Virus record (IMG/VR): IMGVR_UViG_2695420809_000013
Reading direction: 5' to 3' (one strand)
DNA length: 5,005 nucleotides
Origin: a virus
Taxonomy: Duplodnaviria; Heunggongvirae; Uroviricota; Caudoviricetes
Shown here: positions 1 to 5,005 of the stretch, piece after piece
Numbering within the stretch: position 1 is the first letter of the stretch
Layout: each line of letters begins with the position of its first letter
Notes under the pieces: model-generated
What the model was told of the DNA's origin: nothing
Seen by the model: the letters and a program-made list of their open reading frames with translations, nothing else
Database searches by the model: none
Program-made: the position numbers and the translations under genes

Positions 1-1074
1 TCATTTGTTGATTTCAATTTTGTCCCATTCTCTCCCTCGGCTGTCCCTATACCGCGCCGCCATTGAATCTGATTTATGCCCGAGAAGACGTTGAGCAAAC
101 TTATCGCCAATCTGATTCCGGTATAGCCTCGCCGACAGGCTACGCAGTTCATGGAATGTTGGCGGGTCTCCATCAAATGAGAGTCCAGATGCATTTCTCG
201 CCTTTGTAAAATACTTAGATACTGTTTTCGGGGAAAGCGGTTCGTGATGCGTTGATGCAATTATTGTTTCACTGCCGCTGACCTCCCTGCATTTCTGTAG
301 TGTATCGGCCAATGAGATATTGAGCGCGTCAATCGTTAGCGTCAGCGGAATGGCGAGCTTAGCCCCTGTTTTACCCTGTTCAATGTGAAGATGGTTGTCG
401 TTTATGTCTGACCATTTCATTTTGCACAAATCGCCGACTCTCTGACCTGTAACGACGGCCAAATCCATCGCAAGCCTCAGCCAGATTGGGAGAGGTTCGG
501 CTGCATGGTGAATCGCGACATACTCATTAGCTGTCAGCCTTGAGCGCCTTACTTCTGACTTTGCTGTGCGGGTTGCTGTTACCGGATTCGTAGCCACATG
601 CCCCTCGGCTATTGCCTCACGAAAAACGTCAACAAGGGTTGACCTGATTAATTTTGCGGAAGCCGCTTTACCTTCTGCTACGTAGGTGTTTAGCATTGCT
701 GCCACCTCTTTCGTTGATATGTCAGCGAGCGGTTTGTCCGGCAATTTTCTTCGGATTGCCCTGATTTTGCTGGCGTAGTCGAGTAGAGTTTTCGGCCTGA
801 TACCCCTCTCGCTGAGGATTGTTTCATATCGGTCAAGCCACGCATGAAGAGTGATTGCGTCAGCGCCTTTAATTCTGTCTATCAGTGACTCACGCCTGTT
901 CCCGGATAGCAACTCAATATTGGCCTGTATAGCTTCAGTGATTGCTATACGTCTGTCTCTGCCTAATCCGAACTCTTTACCCGTCCTTGGGTCCCTGTAG
1001 CAGTAATATCCATTGTTTCTTATATAAAGGTTAGGGGGTAAATCCCGGCGCTCATGACTTCGCCTTCTTCCCAT
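1..1074 (-). CDS. int: Lambda-family tyrosine integrase (site-specific recombinase Int), complete 357 aa
   Basis: Full-length ORF; N-terminus MGRRRSHERRDLPPNLYIRNNGYYCYRDPRTGKEFGLGRDRRIAITEA and C-terminal region HELRSLSARLY...LLGH...Y match phage lambda Int as I recall it (catalytic-domain R, H-x-x-R and Y motifs present). Start overlaps the end of xis, as in lambda. Stop codon is at window positions 3..1. Confidence 0.95.
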   Translation of the reverse strand: MGRRRSHERRDLPPNLYIRNNGYYCYRDPRTGKEFGLGRDRRIAITEAIQANIELLSGNRRESLIDRIKGADAITLHAWLDRYETILSERGIRPKTLLDYASKIRAIRRKLPDKPLADISTKEVAAMLNTYVAEGKAASAKLIRSTLVDVFREAIAEGHVATNPVTATRTAKSEVRRSRLTANEYVAIHHAAEPLPIWLRLAMDLAVVTGQRVGDLCKMKWSDINDNHLHIEQGKTGAKLAIPLTLTIDALNISLADTLQKCREVSGSETIIASTHHEPLSPKTVSKYFTKARNASGLSFDGDPPTFHELRSLSARLYRNQIGDKFAQRLLGHKSDSMAARYRDSRGREWDKIEINK

Positions 1075-1270
1075 TTTTGATCCTCTTCAAAAGGCTACCT
1101 GTTACTGGTCGATTTAAGTCAATTTTTACCGCTGATTCGTGGAACAAATACTCTCTTCCATCCTTAACAGGAGGAGGGAATATCCTGCACTCGCGTACCC
1201 ATCGACGAACTGTTTCAAGGCTTCTTGGGCGCCGCTGGCGTGCGTTCCACTCCTGAAGTGTCAAGTACAT
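1052..1270 (-). CDS. xis: Excisionase Xis (72 aa)
   Basis: Translation MYLTLQEWNARQRRPRSLETVRRWVRECRIFPPPVKDGREYLFHESAVK... is nearly identical to lambda Xis from memory. The 3' end overlaps the int start by 23 nt (lambda-like arrangement). GGAG lies 8 nt upstream of the ATG on the minus strand. Confidence 0.93.
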   Translation of the reverse strand: MYLTLQEWNARQRRPRSLETVRRWVRECRIFPPPVKDGREYLFHESAVKIDLNRPVTGSLLKRIKNGKKAKS

Positions 1271-1293
1271 CGCAAAGTCTCCGCAATTACACG

Positions 1294-1320
1294 CAAGAAA
1301 AAGCCGCCATCAGGCGGCTT
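1294..1320 (-). terminator. Candidate intrinsic terminator between the Cys-motif ORF and xis
   Basis: Perfect 8-bp inverted repeat AAGCCGCC/GGCGGCTT (1301-1308 and 1313-1320) with a 4-nt loop; on the minus strand it is followed by TTTTTCTT (plus 1294-1300). It sits about 40 nt downstream of the stop at 1361. Confidence 0.5.
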
Positions 1321-1360
1321 GGTGTTCTTTCAGTTCTTCAATTCGAATATTGGTTACGTC

Positions 1361-1672
1361 TTATTCGATGCGCACTCCTGGTATTTCGCCTTTTGATATT
1401 GCTAAGTCATAAATTTGCGCGGCACTATACCCATCTCGCATCCATGAATCTAAGGCGCGAACAGCCTCGCTACGCTTTTTATCTTCTCTCTCATTTTTGA
1501 TATCAACGAGGACATCAACGCAATTAAGGCAAATGTGGATTTTGTCCTTACATTCGATCATGGCGGCTTTGCCATGATTTCCGCCACACAGTGAGCATAA
1601 ATCTTCAGGGGCTGGCTGGTATTTCTGTAACGTTAGAGGGTTGAATGTTGAACAGGCCATAATCATCTCCAT
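1361..1672 (-). CDS. Hypothetical small Cys-motif protein (CxxC...CxxC, putative zinc ribbon), in the Ea8.5-equivalent position upstream of xis
   Basis: ORF of 103 aa with CSLCGG and CLNC motifs. The likely true start is the third in-frame ATG at 1660 (GGAG 6 nt upstream on the minus strand), giving 99 aa. Resemblance to lambda Ea8.5 is positional and motif-level only, not verified. Confidence 0.55.
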   Translation of the reverse strand: MEMIMACSTFNPLTLQKYQPAPEDLCSLCGGNHGKAAMIECKDKIHICLNCVDVLVDIKNEREDKKRSEAVRALDSWMRDGYSAAQIYDLAISKGEIPGVRIE

Positions 1673-1727
1673 AAAACAAAACTCGCCGTAGCGAGTTCAG
1701 ATAAAAGAAATCCCCGCGAGTGCGAGG
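1671..1727 (-). terminator. Two tandem hairpin plus U-tract elements directly upstream of the Cys-motif ORF start (terminator or attenuator-like)
   Basis: Minus-strand RNA would contain CCUCGC-ACUC-GCGGGG (plus 1712-1727, one G-U wobble) followed by AUUUCUUUUAU, then AACUCGC-UACG-GCGAGUU (plus 1680-1697) followed by UUUUGUUUUAU, which abuts the GGAG and ATG of the next ORF. Confidence 0.4.
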
Positions 1728-1856
1728 ATAGTTATTCATTGTCGATATTTACATTTATTTCGAATATCTTTACTGGGTAATCGCCAAAGTCATATGTTTT
1801 TTATTCTGTTTTATAAGCACTACCAAGTACTGCTTATTACAAATAAGAAAAGGCTG

Positions 1857-1885
1857 AAAAAATATTTAAGGCCACAACTGTGGCC
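1857..1885 (-). terminator. Candidate intrinsic terminator of the LprI-like moron gene
   Basis: Inverted repeat GGCCACA/TGTGGCC at 1870-1885, starting 11 nt after the TAA stop (1896-1898); on the minus strand it is followed by TTAAATATTTTTT (plus 1857-1869). Confidence 0.6.
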
Positions 1886-1895
1886 CTAAATTTAC

Positions 1896-2594
1896 TTACG
1901 GCACTGCGTTAATCAGATTACAAATACCTCTTTTGGCAGGGTCTGAATTCAACTTCTGAAAATTGGCGTTCAACATAGCCGTGTGTAAGTGATTCTCAAC
2001 CTCAAAGAATAAGTCGATTTTGCCCTCTTTGGCTGCCTGTTTCTTCCAAATATTCACTTGGTCATCAGCAATACGACTGGCGCAAGTGAACAAGAACGAA
2101 CTGCCTCTAGGAATGGATGTCGTGCTGTAATACTCACCATCTACTTCTACATATTTAGCTCGGAATGACTCTAAGGTTAGCTCATTGCCGTTCTTGACCG
2201 ACTTAGCTTCTGCCTTACTTGTTTCTTCCTGCTCTTCAGAATGTTTCTGCGCCGACGTGGGTATGTCATTGGCCGCTGTTACGCTGACTGAACTCCCCAA
2301 ACCTTTGAGGCCATTAATTTGGATAAGATAAGCCAGCTCCAGAGCCTTATTATCAGTGAGTTTTCCACGCATATTTACCCACTGACGTTGAACCATTTTT
2401 AGGGTGTCTGCGTTCTCTGGGTTTCCTTTGAGGGCACTAGAATAGGCAGAGCTAAGCTGTTCGTCTAATTTTGACAGACGTTCGTTATCGCAGATTTTAT
2501 GTTCGATTGCTGTCGAAGCCTTTTGGCAGTCAAAGCTGGCTGCAAATGCACCCGGCGATGCCACTAACAATGATGCCAGTAGGATATTTTTCAT
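1896..2594 (-). CDS. Secreted protein with an N-terminal LprI/DUF1311-like domain and an uncharacterised C-terminal domain (moron-like cargo gene)
   Basis: Start assigned to the second ATG (2594-2592) because GGAG lies 6 nt upstream on the minus strand; the ORF-track start at 2621 falls inside the putative promoter. Signal peptide MKNILLASLLVASPGAFA|AS with an AxA cleavage motif and no lipobox. Mature N-terminus CQKASTAIEHKICDNERLSKLDEQLSSAYSSAL...VQRQWVNMR fits the DUF1311 pattern (C..A....E..IC....L...D..L...Y......QR.W) from memory. Four Cys residues suggest periplasmic disulfides. The region is visibly more AT-rich than its flanks. Confidence 0.75.
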   Translation of the reverse strand: MKNILLASLLVASPGAFAASFDCQKASTAIEHKICDNERLSKLDEQLSSAYSSALKGNPENADTLKMVQRQWVNMRGKLTDNKALELAYLIQINGLKGLGSSVSVTAANDIPTSAQKHSEEQEETSKAEAKSVKNGNELTLESFRAKYVEVDGEYYSTTSIPRGSSFLFTCASRIADDQVNIWKKQAAKEGKIDLFFEVENHLHTAMLNANFQKLNSDPAKRGICNLINAVP

Positions 2595-2599
2595 ATTCA

Positions 2600-2672
2600 C
2601 TCCATAAATACAAAAGCGCATTACTATAGCACTTAACCGATCGCTTATCTCGCCCGTTCGTCATTCTTATCT
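2600..2672 (-). promoter_or_regulatory. Candidate sigma70 promoter (extended -10) for the LprI-like gene, with upstream direct repeats
   Basis: On the minus strand, TGcTATAGT (the -10 hexamer TATAGT corresponds to plus 2628-2623, with TG at 2631-2630) lies about 30 nt upstream of the ATG. The -35 is weak (GAGATA at a 17-nt spacer). A 7-bp direct repeat CTTATCT on the plus strand at 2644-2650 and 2666-2672 (AGATAAG on the minus strand) overlaps and lies upstream of the -35 region. Confidence 0.35.
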
Positions 2673-2724
2673 AACCAGAACATGCGACTGCCACAGCACA
2701 TGTCGAGGATTGCTGCATGTCCAG

Positions 2725-3162
2725 TCACTGGTTGCCTCCTTTGCGAAGCTGGGCGGCTAACTCATCACATATGTGCGTCAAAGAGCAAAGTTTGATTGAT
2801 GGGTGTTCGCGCATCATCTCAACCCCCTGCGCCCGCACTTCAGACAGGAAAGAGTCGGTGGCTGGGGTTTCAACACGGATGCTGTCGCGCAAGATGAAAA
2901 ATGCATTGAGCATTCCAGTCTCTGGCACTTCATCCTGATGCTTCTCATACTCATCAAGAGCCTTCATCATCTCTGCTCCGAATGGTTGAGGGTGCACAGA
3001 CTTCAGCTCCGCATTCTCCGCCGCCAGCGCCGCGCACTTGGCCTCCGCTTCAGCAAATTTGCGTACCAGATATTCAGCATTTGTTTCGTTAACCTTTAAA
3101 TCACATGGGATGCATTTACCTTTCAGAAATCCATCCATCTCAATTAGTGTCATTCGTTTCAT
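2725..3162 (-). CDS. Hypothetical protein (145 aa from the ATG at 3162; the ORF-track start at 3180 is a GTG)
   Basis: Long ORF in the same orientation as the operon. The ATG at 3162-3160 overlaps the TGA of the upstream small ORF (ATGA coupling) and has a GGAG/GGGAAG purine-rich stretch upstream. Contains a predicted coiled-coil-like stretch ([19 protein letters not shown]). No family assigned. Confidence 0.6.
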   Translation of the reverse strand: MKRMTLIEMDGFLKGKCIPCDLKVNETNAEYLVRKFAEAEAKCAALAAENAELKSVHPQPFGAEMMKALDEYEKHQDEVPETGMLNAFFILRDSIRVETPATDSFLSEVRAQGVEMMREHPSIKLCSLTHICDELAAQLRKGGNQ

Positions 3163-3323
3163 TTCTTCCCACTCCGCCACATCGCATTCAGATATTTGTT
3201 TTGATTCACTGACGGAGAAGAATTTCTCTTAAGCAATTCCTCTCTCGATGGCATTGGCTTTACGCGTTGGCGAATAATCATTTCTGCCGGAAGAATGCCG
3301 GGATTGTATGCAAGTCCTCTCAT
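3159..3323 (-). CDS. Hypothetical small protein (54 aa; start ambiguous, alternative ATG at 3341)
   Basis: The ATG at 3323 is preceded by GAGG with an 8-nt spacer, and the stop overlaps the next gene start in ATGA fashion, suggesting real translation. The longer 104-aa track ORF (start 3473) would overlap the preceding gene by about 140 nt in another frame and is less likely. Confidence 0.35.
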   Translation of the reverse strand: MRGLAYNPGILPAEMIIRQRVKPMPSREELLKRNSSPSVNQNKYLNAMWRSGKK

Positions 3324-3333
3324 GGTAAATTCC

Positions 3334-3627
3334 TCAGTCATTACTGATAGCGCCATAGCGTGATCGATAATTACGCAGGCGCGGGTCAATTTCAGGGAAG
3401 TGGGTATATGTGGCTTTGCGGAATGGTCGGATTGATGTCTGGTAAATTCGCTCGCGTTCTTCTTTCTCTGCAAGCCATATACAATGGCGAAATTCCTTTT
3501 CCTCTTTCGTTTCCTGCGGTAGCGACATTATCCGATCGTAGTTTTTTCTGAATTTATCCAGCACCTCCGATACGGAATTGCCGGAACAGCGGCGCGGGTC
3601 ATCCGCACCATACAGAGGCGCTGGCAT
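3334..3627 (-). CDS. Hypothetical protein (97 aa)
   Basis: Strong SD AGGAG 6 nt upstream of the ATG (3627), 13 nt after the ssb stop. Charged protein rich in K/E/R; no family recognised by eye. Confidence 0.6.
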   Translation of the reverse strand: MPAPLYGADDPRRCSGNSVSEVLDKFRKNYDRIMSLPQETKEEKEFRHCIWLAEKEERERIYQTSIRPFRKATYTHFPEIDPRLRNYRSRYGAISND

Positions 3628-3640
3628 GATTTTCTCCTGA

Positions 3641-4147
3641 TTAAATTGCGTGAATAGCGTGACGAGGGAAGGGGAGAGTTACTGGTGCAAAGGGTATATC
3701 GTCGTCAAAATCCATCGGAGGTTCGTTGTGTTGTGCTGGTGATGATTGCTGCTGTGGCTTCTGTGATTGCCTGCTGGCTGCTTGTTGTTTGCTGTCGCCA
3801 ATGCCGCCAAGCATTTGCATCACGCCATTAATTCCGACATGAACCTCGGTTGTGTAACGGTCTTGCCCTGACTGGTCTTTCCACTTTCTGGTTCTCAGCA
3901 TTCCCTCGAAATAAATCTGATCACCTTTTTTCACATACTGCCCCACGACCTCAGCCAGTTTCCCGGATACAGCAACACGATGCCATTCAGTCAATTACTT
4001 TTGCTCGCCAGTATTTTTATCTCGCCATTGTTCTGACGTGGCTATTGTCAGGTTAGCGAACGCTGTTCCTGATGGTGAGTATCGAACTTCCGGGTCTTGT
4101 CCTACCCGACCAAGGATAATCACCTTATTTATCCCGCGAGAACTCAT
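3641..4147 (-). pseudogene. ssb: Single-stranded DNA-binding protein (SSB) gene interrupted by an in-frame TAA and carrying a 15-aa extension past the canonical DDDIPF C-terminus
   Basis: N-terminal part [50 protein letters not shown] (4147-3998) and C-terminal part [63 protein letters not shown]...[11 protein letters not shown] both align with E. coli SSB as remembered, in the same frame, separated by TAA at 3997-3995 where E. coli has Glu. The reading frame then continues past IPF as [15 protein letters not shown] before the stop at 3643-3641. The start has a GAGGTGGAG SD and overlaps the rusA stop (ATGA). Confidence 0.8.
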
Positions 4148-4527
4148 TTGCTCCACCTCTTGCCAGTTTTTATGTTGCTTATAATTGATTGAGATACACC
4201 CATGACCGGTCCCCACTCAACCAGCATTCTTTTCACCTGACTGTCGTCTTCCCACACACCCGCGTGGGTCAGGGCGTCAAACAGCGCCTTGTTATAGTTG
4301 TCCAGATCGCGGATCCGGTTATCCGGAGGAAACAACACAATCTCTACTGAAGCTGGTGCCGACGTTGGTTTCGGCAAACGACGTAACTGCTCAACTATTG
4401 CTGCGCACGCCGCGCTCTGGAATTTTCGCCCCGCCGCGCTTATCAGGCTCTTACCAGCAAACGCCCCTTTGTTGGGGTGTCGCCAGTACGTGTTCACGCT
4501 GGGCGGAAAAGGCAGAATCAGCTTCAT
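4144..4527 (-). CDS. rusA: RusA-family Holliday-junction resolvase (crossover junction endodeoxyribonuclease)
   Basis: [13 protein letters not shown] and [26 protein letters not shown] match E. coli RusA motifs ([39 protein letters not shown]) from memory, including the catalytic Asp residues. GAGAGGGG SD upstream; the ATG overlaps the stop of the upstream gene and the stop overlaps the ssb ATG. Confidence 0.8.
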   Translation of the reverse strand: MKLILPFPPSVNTYWRHPNKGAFAGKSLISAAGRKFQSAACAAIVEQLRRLPKPTSAPASVEIVLFPPDNRIRDLDNYNKALFDALTHAGVWEDDSQVKRMLVEWGPVMGVSQSIISNIKTGKRWSK

Positions 4528-4850
4528 ACTTTCAGGCCCCTCTCATGTAACCAGTGGGCTGCACGCAGCCTGCTGTTTTCCTCACCGGCAAGCAGTGCGC
4601 GGATAATCCCGACCGCCTCGCTGTCGTCGTCCTTCATCGCGGTATGAAGCGTTATCCCCCGGGCCACGCCACGCTTTATCGTGATGACGCCTTTTTTCTC
4701 CAGTGCTCGAAGATGCTCCACCGCTGCATTCACTGAACGGTATCCCAGCATGGTTGCCACCTCCTGATTGGTTGGCGGGAAGCCACGTTCTTTCTGGTAA
4801 GAAATCAGCATATCCAGCACCTGCTGCTGGCATTGAGTTAACGTCGTCAT
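4524..4850 (-). CDS. LexA-family DNA-binding-domain protein lacking the S24 autopeptidase domain (108 aa)
   Basis: LTQCQQQVLDMLISYQKERGFPPTNQEVATMLGYRSVNAAVEHLRALEKKGVITIKRGVARGITL parallels the E. coli LexA N-terminal winged-helix domain ([65 protein letters not shown]) as recalled. The C-terminal 35 aa have no Ala-Gly cleavage context and no Ser/Lys dyad domain. GGGAG SD; translationally coupled to flanking genes. Confidence 0.75.
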   Translation of the reverse strand: MTTLTQCQQQVLDMLISYQKERGFPPTNQEVATMLGYRSVNAAVEHLRALEKKGVITIKRGVARGITLHTAMKDDDSEAVGIIRALLAGEENSRLRAAHWLHERGLKV

Positions 4851-5005
4851 GCAGCCATCTCCCTGACCAGTTTTTCCGCCTGCTGGCGAACCTGCGCCAG
4901 AAAGGCCTCACCACATGCCTCAAGTTCATCGCGCCCGATGTAGCTGATTGCCGGTCCCTTCCAGGTCTTGTCGAAAACAGCAATAGCACCAGCGAAGAAA
5001 GCGCC
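4847..5005 (-). CDS. Hypothetical protein, 3' portion only (N-terminus lies beyond the window end)
   Basis: Open frame from the window edge, hand-translated as ...GAFFAGAIAVFDKTWKGPAISYIGRDELEACGEAFLAQVRQQAEKLVREMAA, ending in a TGA (4849-4847) that overlaps the ATG of the LexA-like gene. Absent from the ORF track because it has no in-window start. Confidence 0.5.
   Translation of the reverse strand, partial: GAFFAGAIAVFDKTWKGPAISYIGRDELEACGEAFLAQVRQQAEKLVREMAA

Noticed and set aside
1139-1500. Plus-strand ORFs 1139..1396 (85 aa) and 1225..1500 (91 aa)
   Set aside because: Antisense to xis and to the Cys-motif ORF, with no RBS noted and no recognisable protein features; most parsimoniously shadow ORFs.
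1673-1800. 40-codon minus-strand ORF (MNNYPRTRGDFFYLNSLRRVLFYGDDYGLFNIQPSNVTEIPASP) spanning the tandem hairpins and overlapping the start of the Cys-motif ORF
   Set aside because: No RBS, it runs through terminator-like hairpins and overlaps a better-supported gene out of frame; likely non-coding.
1793-1807. TGTTTTTTATTCTGT resembling the lambda att core (GCTTTTTTATACTAA, from memory)
   Set aside because: Only a partial match in a generally AT-rich spacer, and on the wrong side of int (the att site should lie beyond the int 3' end, left of position 1). Probably coincidental.
2595-2621. N-terminal extensions in the ORF track (MRFCIYGVN before MKNILL at 2595-2621; the GTG-initiated 6 residues at 3163-3180; [23 protein letters not shown] before the ssb ATG at 4148-4216)
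   Set aside because: In each case a downstream ATG has a proper Shine-Dalgarno sequence and/or ATGA coupling and matches the expected protein N-terminus (signal peptide, SSB MSSRG...), while the extension would run through a promoter or the upstream gene.
3159-3473. Full-length 104-aa version of the small ORF starting at 3473
   Set aside because: It would overlap the 97-aa gene by about 140 nt in another frame; a shorter version starting at 3323 (or 3341) with a GAGG RBS is more plausible. Kept only as a low-confidence short CDS.
2717-4736. Plus-strand ORFs of 60-102 aa (2717..2938, 2803..3099, 3038..3232, 3360..3551, 3850..4056, 4298..4606, 4356..4550, 4554..4736)
   Set aside because: All lie antisense to minus-strand genes that have homology (ssb, rusA, LexA-like) or good translation signals; none shows a convincing RBS or a recognisable domain.
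4582-4989. 135-aa minus-strand ORF rich in Arg, Gly and Ser
   Set aside because: It lies in an alternate frame fully overlapping the LexA-like gene and the upstream partial ORF, both of which have homology or coupling support; the low-complexity RGG-rich composition is typical of a spurious open frame in GC-rich DNA.
1-5005. Search by eye for LexA/SOS boxes (CTGT-N8-ACAG), CRISPR repeats, tRNA-like cloverleafs and IS terminal inverted repeats
   Set aside because: No CTGT-N8-ACAG match was found at any CTGT I examined, and no regularly spaced direct repeats or IS-like ends were seen; manual scanning can miss degenerate sites, so this is absence of evidence only.

Overview
This window looks like the integrase-proximal (left) end of a lambdoid prophage, with every credible gene on the minus strand, consistent with a single leftward (pL-type) early transcript ending in xis and int. 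Reading in the direction of transcription (high to low coordinates): a 5'-truncated ORF at the window edge; a small protein carrying only a LexA-type DNA-binding domain; a RusA-family Holliday-junction resolvase; an ssb gene broken by an in-frame TAA and lacking the usual stop after the DDDIPF tail; three small uncharacterised ORFs; an AT-rich moron-like cassette with its own candidate promoter and terminator, encoding a signal-peptide protein with an LprI/DUF1311-like N-terminal domain; a Cys-motif small ORF; then xis and int, both nearly identical to phage lambda as far as I can recall. No tRNA, rRNA, CRISPR array or IS element was seen. The best candidates for something undescribed are the LexA-DBD-only/RusA/SSB module and the secreted LprI-like moron; neither can be confirmed without database and structure searches. 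All homology statements are from reading the translations against remembered sequences, not from computed alignments.
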